35,547 nt of DNA, taken from contig NC_068996.1 in NCBI RefSeq assembly GCF_001194135.2, positions 14,997,787 through 15,033,333 on the forward strand, read 5' to 3'. Both the position numbers and the translations under genes were made by a program. This document shows, one piece after another, positions 10,927-21,130 of this stretch. The stretch's first letter is position 1. Every line of letters begins with the position of its first letter. This stretch comes from Octopus bimaculoides (lineage: Eukaryota). Under the pieces are notes generated by a model. That model searched no databases. It saw nothing but the letters and a program-made list of their open reading frames with translations, and was not told the origin of the DNA.

Positions 10927-11086
10927 CCTTTCTACTAAAGGCATAAGACCTGAAATTCTGAGGAATAAGTCGATTATATCGACCCTAGTGTTTCGCTGGT
11001 ACTTATTTTATCGATCCCGAAAGGGTGAGAGGCAAAGTCGACCTCGGCGGAATTTGAACTCAGAGCGTAAAAACGAACGAAATGCC

Positions 11087-11088
<2 letters not shown>
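10926..11088 (-). mobile_element. SINE family C, 5'-truncated, tail type 1 (…CCTTTAGTAGAAAGG(ATT)n)
   Basis: Minus strand GAGTTCAAATTCCGCCGAGGTCGACTTTGCCTCTCACCCTTTCGGGATCGAT...AAGTACCAG; bounded by TAA arrays on both sides. Confidence 0.85.
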
Positions 11089-11136
<48 letters not shown>

Positions 11137-11137
<1 letters not shown>

Positions 11138-12190
11138 TGTTCCTTTATTAAACAGTTGGGGGTTTCAGTGGGACCGAGGAAGTTACAGGACGGTACAATG
11201 TGGGGCTGCATGAAGGAATATGCAAACAAATATAAAAAATAATATGGGCCTGATTAAGTTGGTCCATTAAAATCATCTTGCAGATAAATATTTCTTGTCC
11301 TTCCGGCCTAATAAACGCAGAGTGACGATTTTCCTAATGAATTCAGCTGATTGCCAGCTCTGTCCTGCACGTGACCGGAGGTATTCGACATAAACCTACA
11401 TGTCAGCAATTCAAGCTCTGTTGACAGTGTTTCCATACTTGTAGAGGTTATCCAGAACCGGAAATGCCTTTTGGTAATATTACAAGACCAAAGATTCCTG
11501 TAAATTACCTATTGTTCTGGCCCAAAAGTCCTCGGGAACCAGTTGAAATTTGTCAACGCCCACAGTTTCCGCAAGGACTTTCTTGTCCGCCACTAAATCT
11601 CTGTAGTGTTCTATGATGAAGAAACTTCCACTGACCTCAGTACACGACCGGTAGAGGTCTGAAAGCGCTTGACGACATTCCAGATACCTCGGTCTACATT
11701 TCGTCCAGGACTGCAGCTCTATGAAAGAGACGAGCTGTAGGAATACGAGCTTGACAACGGTGATCAAACTGATCGTCGTCAAAGATAGTTCAGCGTATCA
11801 TCATTTGCAGCGTGCCCAACCCTCAACTCAGCGGGTATTGACAAAAAATGGAAAACCTGACAAGTAGAACGCGGAAGAGTAGGGGCTACAGTCTGGTCAT
11901 GCATGAACTAGGACAAGGCACAGCAGTTAAGAGGTAAAATATGACGGAAGTGTTCTCTACCTCTGCCCGACCTTTCAAGGTTAGCTTTCTGTTGCCCATT
12001 ACTGAACGAGATTGGCCACCCTGCTCGTATCTTCATCCCAGTTCTTCTTCATTTGGAGAAGTCACTTAGGACATCATGGTTACTTAGAGCAGTGCTTATT
12101 ACCCTGCTGTGCTTGATAGTTGACACAGTCGCGATGACGTTACTTGCGTATGCCGACACGGTTCTGTTGCCAGCCAGATTGCTTTAGGAT
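11137..12190 (-). mobile_element. L1/Tx1-clade LINE, degraded RT-to-C-terminus fragment plus 3' end
   Basis: Minus-strand peptides VSAYASNV (YADD-like), LQMKKNWDE, RKLTLKGRAEV, LECRQALSDL, NLQESL, AFPVLDNLYKYG; ends AATAAAGGAACAG next to (TTA)n. Confidence 0.8.
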
Positions 12191-12291
12191 ACGTATTTTA
12201 CAAATATACCAGTTCAAGTATCATAATAGCATGAAACTGTTAGTAGCTCTTTCGGTTGTGTATTTAATCTGATATATGTTTATATATACAC

Positions 12292-12325
<34 letters not shown>

Positions 12326-12455
12326 NNNNNNNNNNNNNNNNNNNNNNNNNNNNNNNNNNNNNNNNNNNNNNNNNNNNNNNNNNNNNNNNNNNNNNNNNNN
12401 NNNNNNNNNNNNNNNNNNNNNNNNNNNNNNNNNNNNNNNNNNNNNNNNNNNNNNN

Positions 12456-12544
12456 ATTTGAAGTTAAGCAACAAAAATTCAATAGGTTATAGCAGTACGT
12501 ACGTTTCGTACAAGCTATTGAATTTTTGTTGCTTAACTTCAAAT
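12456..12544. repeat. Perfect 30-bp inverted repeat with a 29-nt spacer
   Basis: ATTTGAAGTTAAGCAACAAAAATTCAATAG (12456-12485) is the exact reverse complement of 12515-12544. The left arm starts at the gap edge. Confidence 0.95.
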
Positions 12545-12708
12545 TTTATTCACCAAATCTCTTGATTTTGTTTTTGGTCTTTATCCTACCAAATTCTGGT
12601 GCCTCAAACATTTTAAGTACCACATTTAATCTTTTGATTAAATCTATATTATTATATATATACATATGTATGTATGCATGTATGTATGTATGTATGTATG
12701 TATGTATA

Positions 12709-12790
12709 CAGTAATCCCTCGACTATCGCGGGTGTTACGTTCCAAAACACTCGCGATAGGTGAAAATCAGCGAAGTAGAAACAGTACTGT
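12709..12790. mobile_element. pogo/Tigger-like MITE terminus (one end only)
   Basis: TA followed by CAGTAATCCCTCGACTATCGCG...CGCGATAGGTGAAAATC-GCGAAGTAG; no matching opposite TIR found. Confidence 0.6.
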
Positions 12791-12811
12791 ACTGTATATT
12801 TTATATATATA

Positions 12812-13606
12812 CAGGGTACGTAAGATATTTGAGGGAAGATTTATCTTTATAAAAAAAAAGCTATATAATAACAGATAATAACTTTATTTATCAAAAAATG
12901 TTATGAAGATAAAAATAAACCTTCTTTTCTATAATGTTATTCAATAAAGCCACCTTCAGCTTCAACAACTGCTTCTATATGAAATCTAAATCATCTACAT
13001 GCTCGAATCAAGGGGTCCTGGTCCATTTTAGACATTACACAGACAATAGAAGCTTTCAAAGAATCTTTGGTGCTATGGGCGTGTTCATTGACCTCTCTCT
13101 CTCTTTCTCTCAGTAACGCTACACATGTAATAATCCAATGGATTGAGATCCTGGGAATTACGAGGCCAATCTTAGGGGTTATGTGATCATGAACATTTTC
13201 AGCCATCCATTCCTGTGTTACTAGAGCTATGTGTGATAGTGCAGGGTCTTACTAAAACGCATATGGCCTTCCATTGCATACACTGTCTATTCAAGGCTTA
13301 AGAATTATTTCCAGGACCTCAATGAAGGCGGTAGAGTTAACTCTAACGTCTTGTGGAAAGAAGTAAGGAGGCATCACACGTCCTTCATTGCTGACAATCC
13401 CTGAAACCATGACAGTTGCAGGAAATTTTGTATGCATAACACTTGGAACTTCAGAAGGCTCTGCACATAACCATCTGTCATTTCTTCTGTTAACTTTTGA
13501 TCTTGGGTGAAGTTTTTCTCATTTGAGAAAAACCAAATCATATTTTCTTCTGCCGGATTTTTCAGTTTGTTTAATAGCCTTTTAGATCTGATGCAGTGAT
13601 TTCTTT

Positions 13607-13640
<34 letters not shown>

Positions 13641-13931
13641 NNNNNNNNNNNNNNNNNNNNNNNNNNNNNNNNNNCTTGTGGAAAGAAGTAAGGAGGCATC
13701 ACACGTCCTTCATTGCTGACAATCCCTGAAACCATGACAGTTGCAGGAAATTTTGTATGCATAACACTTGGAACTTCAGAAGGCTCTGCACATAACCATC
13801 TGTCATTTCTTCTGTTAACTTTTGATCTTGGGTGAAGTTTTTCTCATTTGAGAAAAACCAAATCATATTTTCTTCTGCCGGATTTTTCAGTTTGTTTAAT
13901 AGCCTTTTAGATCTGATGCAGTGATTTCTTT

Positions 13932-13976
<45 letters not shown>

Positions 13977-14409
13977 GACAAATTGACCTTTCCTCATCAG
14001 ATAAGACATGTGATGTCTTCGTGGACAACATTTCTGACTTTTCCTCCTGACACGTGGAGATCTTTTGCAATTGACCTCATGGACTTTCTTGGATTGTAAT
14101 CAATAGTCTGTTGAACTTGCTGGACAAATTCATGCGTTTTATGCTTTGATACTGGTGATACGTTTCCATCTTTAGTCTCTAGCTCCTTACAAACTTTGTA
14201 AACGAAAGATTTGTTAACTTTTAAAAATCGAGATATTTCTAAATCCCTATGCCCAACCTTTATAACCACAATAACAGCATGCCTCTTCATTTCTTGAGGA
14301 AGCTGAGGGTCTGTCATTATTATTTTCTGAAGCAAAGATTATGCAGAGTTAGCACAAAATGTAGCAATGGCCCAAAAAATGTATGTCCGCAAATACCTTA
14401 TGTACCCTG
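12812..14409 (-). mobile_element. Tc1/mariner maT (DD37D) transposon, both ends present, transposase pseudogenised
   Basis: 23-bp TIRs CAGGGTACGTAAGATATTTGAGG / CAGGGTACATAAGGTATTTGCGG, each flanked by TA. Peptides MKRHAVIV, NPRKSMRSIAKDL, WFFSNEKNF, VMPPYFFPQ, and D-(37 aa)-D ending NSQDLNPLDYY after correcting one frameshift. Confidence 0.92.
13350..13968. other. Exact duplication around a 34-N gap (13350-13640 repeated at 13675-13968); probable scaffolding artefact
   Basis: The two copies read identically, and both end in the same poly-T run. Confidence 0.85.
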
Positions 14410-14432
14410 TATATACACACACATATATATAT

Positions 14433-14589
14433 GGGAGTGGCTGTGTTGTAAGTAGCTTGCTTACCAACCACACGGTTCTGGGTTTAGTACCACTGTCTGG
14501 CACCTTGGGCAGGTGTCTTCTACTATAGTCTTGGCCGACTAAAGCCTTGTGAGTGGATTTGGTAGACAGAGACTGAAAGAATCCCGTCG

Positions 14590-14627
<38 letters not shown>

Positions 14628-15074
14628 NNNNNNNNNNNNNNNNNNNNNNNNNNNNNNNNNNNNNNNNNNNNNNNNNNNNNNNNNNNNNNNNNNNNNNNNN
14701 NNNNNNNNNNNNNNNNNNNNNNNNNNNNNNNNNNNNNNNNNNNNNNNNNNNNNNNNNNNNNNNNNNNNNNNNNNNNNNNNNNNNNNNNNNNNNNNNNNNN
14801 NNNNNNNNNNNNNNNNNNNNNNNNNNNNNNNNNNNNNNNNNNNNNNNNNNNNNNNNNNNNNNNNNNNNNNNTGTGTTTGTCCCCCCAACATCGCTTGACA
14901 ACCGATGGTAGTGTGTTTATGTACCCATAACTTAGCGGTTCGGAAAAAGAAACCGATAGAACAAGTATTAGGCTTGCAAAGAATAAGTCCTGGGGTCGAT
15001 TTGCTCGACTAAACGTGGTTCTCCAGCATGGCCCCAATCAAATGACTGAAACAAGTAAAAGAGTAAAAGAGTAA
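14433..15074 (+). mobile_element. SINE family A, full length, with a gap in its (TA)n slot
   Basis: Head GGGAGTGGCTGTGTTGTAAGTAGCTTGC; 3' half resumes after the gap; tail GTAAAAGAGTAAAAGAGTAA. Confidence 0.9.
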
Positions 15075-15704
15075 GGGCGCTGGACAGTATGAAAATAAGA
15101 AGAAAAAACGTGGAAAAAACATAAAGAAGATTGGTGCAAAAAACGGAGCGGAAAAAAAAGAAACGAAATGAAGAACTATAATCCTCGATCTCCCTGATTC
15201 TGTGTGTGTGTGTGTGTGTGTGTGTGTACGCTATTTTTATGATGAGTATGACTCTAAAAATATAACTATAATAGATTGTTTTTGTTGTTTTATTTTAATA
15301 TCAATTACTTCACTTTAAAATTCAATTGTACAACTGCCATTTTTGTTTCCCTACCAATTCTCTGTATATCTGGTTTCTTGCGTTCAGGCTATAATTTTAT
15401 CCCTTTATATTTTATCTTTTGTTTTGTGTGTAATATGCTATTTGGTGAATAATGAAATGTATATAACACGTTGTTTTAAATTCAGTGTCTAAGCATTTAG
15501 AACAACTATGCTCTAGGCCGCAAAACGCATATCTGTATTTTTTTTTAAATGTATGAATATATTGCCATCAAGAATCTATTTTTCTGACATTTTCACTTGC
15601 AGTCTCGCCATTTTCTCTCCCTCTCTCTCTCTAACTTTGACGTTTTTTCTCTCACTCTGTCTCTCTTTACTTTCCTTTTACTCTCTCTCTCTCTCTCTCT
15701 CTCG

Positions 15705-15751
<47 letters not shown>

Positions 15752-16158
15752 CATTCATCTATCTATCTATCTATCTTTCTTTCATTCTTACTTTCTTTCA
15801 TTCTTTCTTTCTTTTTCCTGCCCATCTAAATTTGATCAAATTCTGCGTACTTTGCATATTTCATTCTATAAACATGATTGAAATACTCGTGAAACCAAAG
15901 AAACAAATGAATATTCTTGAAACTCATCATACACACACAGCAAGCTCAACACCTACACATATATGTATATGTGTGTGTGTGTACATATTTGTGTGTGTGT
16001 GTGCGTACATATATATGTACACGTACCTATATGTATGTGTGTGTGCATACATATGGACATGTACATATGCGTATGTATGTGTTTGTGCATACATATAAGA
16101 ATGTACATATAAGTATATGTGTGTGTGCGTACATATGTATATGTACATATATGTATGG

Positions 16159-16207
<49 letters not shown>

Positions 16208-16693
16208 CAGACATAAATGTATCACGATTTAATGATTTATGGTCTAACTCAAGAAGATATTTCTTCAAACGCGACTGTCATTTATTTAATTCATCTTCAA
16301 AACGCAAGATGCCAATCTGCAAACAAAAAGTTACAATATTTTTGGTAAAAGAAAAGAAAAGCAAATGAAAAAGCAACAGAATCTAAGTAAAAGAAAAACA
16401 AACAAACAAACCAACTAGAATTGACATAACTGGAAGGTTACACTCTATAAGTACCATTCAAAGATATTCTGCTGACATATCTTAATTTCTGAACATTGAA
16501 CAAAAGTGTGGCCATGAGCATCGCAGTGCCAACGATATCGATTCAAAGGCCATTTAAGAATGGTAGATTAATTCCTTCTTCATTTCTAAATGCTATGTCT
16601 TTCTGCTTTCGCATACAGCTAAATCGTTCCCGGGAAATTAAACAATAAAAGATAAGATTATAATTTGAAGGACGATGTACGTACGCGCGCGCG

Positions 16694-16727
<34 letters not shown>

Positions 16728-17009
16728 TACAAACACACATACAAACTCACATATACACACACATTCTTGACTGAGTATGGATTAACTGTGCCCCTCGATG
16801 TTGGATTAAAATTAACCTTAAGGTGTAGAGGCTATATTAGGCAAACCTGTTCAATTTTTAAAATTTTTACATTATTTGGTGAAAACCAGGCTGGTTTTTA
16901 AATTTTGAATTGTTGTTTTTTTCTTTTAAATTGTTTTTTTCCTTAATTTGTTGGTGCTTAATTTATGTATATTCATAACATAAATTTGGCAGAAAGTATA
17001 TATATAAAA

Positions 17010-17245
17010 GGCGGCGAGCTGGCAGAAACGTTAGCACGCTGAGCGAAATGCTCAGCGGTATTTCATCTGCCTTTACGTTATGAGTTCAAATTCCACCGAG
17101 GTCGACTTTACTTTTCATCCTTTCGGGGTTGATTAAATAAGTACCAGTTACGCACTGAGATCGATATAATCGACTTAATCCGTTTGTCTGTCCTTGTTTG
17201 TCCCCTCTGTGTGTAGCCCTTTGTGGGAAGTAAAGAAATAAGAAA
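17010..17245 (+). mobile_element. SINE family C, full length, tail type 2
   Basis: GGCGGCGAGCTGGCAGAAACGTTAGCAC head, GAGTTCAAATTCC B box, GAGGTCGACTTT..TCATCCTTTCGGGG body, 3' TTTGTCCCCTCTGTGTGTAGCCC...GTAAAGAAATAAG. Confidence 0.9.
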
Positions 17246-17454
17246 GTATATATATATATATGAAAATGCTTTAATTCTAAATATTACCATGTTTCACTAA
17301 GCTAGTGGTTGTGTGCATCGACAAACATCTACTATAAATGTTTTGTAAATTATGAGATTTCAATGTTGTCTACAGGGGATTAATATTAAAAAAAAAAACA
17401 ATTCCTTCGTTTCAAATAAACCAGTGATGTTATGACATATTTCAGCTTCTATTA

Positions 17455-17650
17455 TTTTTTTTAATTTGTTCTACTTTTCGGATTGCAGCCATCCTGGGAC
17501 ACCACCTCGAAGAATTTAGCGAAATTAATCAACCCCAGTTTTTATTTATTAAGCCTGATGCATTTTTTCGTTTGCAGAACCACTAAATTACGGAAACGTA
17601 AACAGAAAAATCTCGGTTGTCAGGCGGTGGAAAGATGACAGTAACACACA
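17455..17650 (-). mobile_element. SINE family A-related 3' half, degenerate
   Basis: Plus strand GCAGCCATCCTGGGACACCACCTCGAAG...ATCAACCCCAGT...GGTTGTCAGGCGGTGG is the reverse of the family A 3' module. Confidence 0.6.
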
Positions 17651-17760
17651 TACACACACACACATACATACATGCATGTATACATGCATACATACATACT
17701 TACATACATTCATACATGCAAACACACATACATATACATACATATATATACATACATACA

Positions 17761-17883
17761 TCGACCCCGAAAGGAGGAATGGCAAAGTCGACCTCGGGGG
17801 AATTCGAACTTAGAAGGTAGCGGCAGACGAAATGCCGCTAAGCATTTCACCCGGCGTGCTAACGTTTCTGTAAGCTCGCCGAC
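17761..17883 (-). mobile_element. SINE family C, head and body, inverted relative to 17010-17133
   Basis: Reverse complement GTCGGCGAGCTTACAGAAACGTTAGCACGCCGGG...GAGGTCGACTTTGCC. Confidence 0.9.
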
Positions 17884-17884
17884 A

Positions 17885-18030
17885 TGTTTTCTCCGTATTC
17901 TTTCTGTTGAAGAGCGTAGCTCGAAACGTTAAAGACTTTCTGTATTCCCGAGCGTCAAACTAATACATCCTTTTGTTGTTTACACCACCTGTCCTCGTCA
18001 GTTGTTGTTTTTTTACCTACATTCTCCCAC
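17885..18030 (+). mobile_element. Penelope-like terminal-repeat fragment carrying a hammerhead motif
   Basis: Contains the hammerhead fold below; shares TTCCCGAGCGTCAAACTAATACA with the inverted copy at 18480-18620. PLE origin is inferred from the minimal hammerhead architecture. Confidence 0.65.
17899..17935 (+). ncRNA. Minimal type I hammerhead ribozyme fold (Penelope-type), core variant CUGUUGA
   Basis: TCTTT-CTGTTGA-A-GAG-CGTAG-CTC-GAAA-CG-TT-AAAGA: helix I TCTTT/AAAGA, helix II GAG/CTC, palindromic AACGTT in place of helix III, predicted cut after 17930. Confidence 0.7.
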
Positions 18031-18142
18031 ATACATACATACATACATACACACACATACATACATATACATACATACATACATACATACATACATACAT
18101 ACATACATACATACATACATACATACATACATACATGCACTC

Positions 18143-18449
18143 TATCGACGTGGGTTCCAGTTGATCCGATCAACGGAATAGCCTGCTCGTGAAATTAACG
18201 TGCAAGTGGCTGAGCACACCATAGATACGCGTTCCCTTAATGTAGTTCTCCAGGAGATTCAGCAAGACACAGAGTGTGACAAGGCTGTCCCTTTGAAATA
18301 CAGATACTAACTCATTTTTGCCAACTGAGTGGACTGGAGCATCTTGAAATAAAGTGTTTTGCTCAGGGACACGATGCATCCCGGCAATTGAACTCACGAC
18401 CATACGATCGTGAGCCGAACTTCCTAACCACTAAGCCACGCGCCTTCAC
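18143..18449 (-). mobile_element. SINE family B, full length
   Basis: Reverse complement aligns end to end with 1351-1646. Confidence 0.88.
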
Positions 18450-18479
18450 ATCCACAATACACACATAGTTGAAATTTAT

Positions 18480-18620
18480 CGAAAAACAAAAGACGAAAAT
18501 AGGTTTATGTACAACAGGCAGGTGTATTAGTTTGACGCTCGGGAAAAATGAAAATGTCATTTATGCTTCGAGCCTACGCTCTTCAGCAGAAAGGAATAAC
18601 AGAAAATAAACAAAGAGAGA
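18480..18620 (-). mobile_element. Second Penelope-like terminal-repeat fragment, inverted
   Basis: Reverse complement TTCCTTTCTGCTGAAGAGCGTAGGCTCGAAGCATAAATGAC...TTCCCGAGCGTCAAACTAATACA. Confidence 0.65.
18557..18594 (-). ncRNA. Decayed hammerhead fold, core variant CUGCUGA
   Basis: CCTTT-CTGCTGA-A-GAG-CGTAGG-CTC-GAAG-CA-TA-AATGA; GAAA, the CG pair and helix I carry mutations. Confidence 0.55.
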
Positions 18621-19184
18621 ATGAAAAAAAAATTATAAAGGAGAGAGAAAGCAAAGTGTTAACGTACGGAGTATGAAAGTTCATAAAGTTCAATAAATAG
18701 TTTAAAGATGTACGTGTAATCAAATAAGTTTCTTCAAACTCGACTGACATTTGTTTAATTCTTCCTCAGAACTGAAGATGGCATTTAGTAAACAAAAGTT
18801 ACAATTTTATGAGAAAAAAATTAAACAAACAAAGATTATAAATTGGCCATTGATTTCGCACCTATGAAGTGCTAGTGTTAGTCACTCTATGACCAGACAT
18901 AACAGTTAACTACCTAAAATATATATATTACTGCTCTAATTCTTTAGAATGTGCCTCATTTTGGATATATGAACTACTGACGATATATATAGCAATGAGA
19001 AAATGGAGGAGAATATGCAGTATCCATCAACTTGCAGACAATGTATTCCGTTGATTAATTTGTTTATTTTATAACTAAATTGACAAAAACCATAATTACA
19101 GATACTTATGACATACCCAACTTCACTCTTGATATCAAAAGTTTATATATGGTGATCCCACACAACGAAGGACTTCTTGCACTT

Positions 19185-19231
19185 AAACGTTAGCACGCCG
19201 GGTGAAATGCTTAGCGGTATTTCGTCTGCCA
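19185..19231 (+). mobile_element. SINE family C head fragment
   Basis: AAACGTTAGCACGCCGGGTGAAATGCTTAGCGGTATTTCGTCTGCC. Confidence 0.8.
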
Positions 19232-19377
19232 CTATATATATATATAATGTCAAAAAATAAAGAACGCGTTGCGTTTACATGATTTATATTTTCAGAAGCC
19301 AAACACGTACAGTAATAAGCAAATACAGAAAGTCAAGTTCAAAAACATATACTGAATGCACATTATACACACACATG

Positions 19378-19458
19378 AGAGCTTCTTTCAGCTTTCAACT
19401 ACCGTATCCACTCACAAGGCTTTGGATGGATCGGGCCTATAGCAGACGACAACGAGCC
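19378..19458 (-). mobile_element. SINE family A internal fragment
   Basis: Plus strand GCTTCTTTCAG...ACCGTATCCACTCACAAGGCTTTGG...GGGCCTATAGCAGA. Confidence 0.7.
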
Positions 19459-20154
19459 ATTCTGTGGGACTAAGGTCCGACAACTATGTGTTTGGAAAAC
19501 GAAACATTTTACTCCCAAGCTATTCCTGCGCCAATATCCGGATGCAAGAACTTTCTCCGAATATTGATAGTCACACAGCTCCATCGTAACATACGGCCAT
19601 AGCGTAATTCATGAACTTAATTCGCTACCTAGTTGTTAAGATTAGTTATCTTACTCACACGCACACAACACCAACATGACCACACCGTGCATGCACGCAT
19701 GTGTGCGTATATGAGTATGACTGCGTATACATATGTGTATATTTATTGTATGCGTGTGTTTTGATGCATGCGAGTGTATCGTTGAGGGGTTTCACGCCGT
19801 ATATAAACGTCATAGTCGTTAATAAATACATTAATCATTGAAATATATGGTAATTTAATGTAATCAATAATAAAATTCGCTTCACTTACTGAGTTAGGAA
19901 TGCTTGAAATTTCAAGATGTTCATCAATTCTACGTTAAATATATACATATATATATTTCTGCNNNNNNNNNNNNNNNNNNNNNNNNNNNNNNNNNNNNNN
20001 NNNNNNNNNNNNNNNNNNNNNNNNNNNNNNNNATATATATATATATATATATATAATACACACACACACATATCATACGTATATTATTCATATATACATA
20101 TTCATGTATGCAGCATACATATATATATTTCTGCGCACAAAGAGATACACACAG

Positions 20155-20204
<50 letters not shown>

Positions 20205-20299
20205 GTGTGTGTGTATACATGCTCATAAATATATGTATTTTAACGATTGCCTGTGTATGGGTATGTGTGTGCATGTTTGTGTGTGTATGTGTGCGTTTC

Positions 20300-20365
<66 letters not shown>

Positions 20366-21087
20366 TGTGTAAATATAAAATATAGTCGTTAGCGTAGTTA
20401 TAGTATTAACTGGAGATGCGGTGTTCGAATTCTGCGGGGGATGTTACACATTTTCCCTCTTCTATTTTGCACTAAGACCTATATATCATGCACAAACCGT
20501 ATATAAGTAATACATATATACAAACACACACACACTCACACACGCACACACGCACACATGCACACACACACATATGTATGTATATGTGTATGCATGTATG
20601 TGTATACACACAAAATATATCATATATGCATACACACGCGCGCGTGCGCAAGCATGCACACATGCACTACAACACGCGCATAAACACTCAGTGTTAGAAA
20701 AAATAGTTTGAAACATTAAGTGGATCAGATGCTAAGTAGAACTCATTAGGTAGTGTGCAGAATGCGAAATGGTAAATTCAATCGTGTTCCTCATATTTCC
20801 TGAATGCATTCAGTCATTGAATAGCGGCCATTGTGGTGTAAAAGTTTTATAACCGAAGAGTTACAAAATCATGAGAGGAAAATAATCTCTAACAATGCGA
20901 AACAAAACACTAAAACAAGAATATAACAACAACAACAACAGCCAAGACGACAACAAGGAGATATTTTCTAGGTAGAAAATTCCAAAAGTACGGTTACCAA
21001 GGGTAGAATGAAGAACAAATGTAGAATGCAAACGATACAATCATTGTGTTTATGCATGTGCGAGTATATGTACGTAAGTGCGCTTGT

Positions 21088-21104
<17 letters not shown>

Positions 21105-21130
<26 letters not shown>

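Noticed and set aside
9695-10938. Long ORFs in the track spanning N runs (also 6815-7578, 14339-15037, 23501-23984, 25090-26046, 26407-28069, 28141-29219)
   Set aside because: They are open only because N gaps and dinucleotide repeats contain no stop codons.
13675-13968. Apparent tandem duplication inside the maT transposase
   Set aside because: An identical copy bounded by a gap and poly-T is a typical unmerged contig overlap, not biology.
20385-20445. tRNA-like A/B boxes (TAGCGTAGTTA...GTTCGAATTC)
   Set aside because: No cloverleaf can be built; at most a decayed SINE head. The other tRNA-like heads in the window are SINE parts, not tRNA genes.
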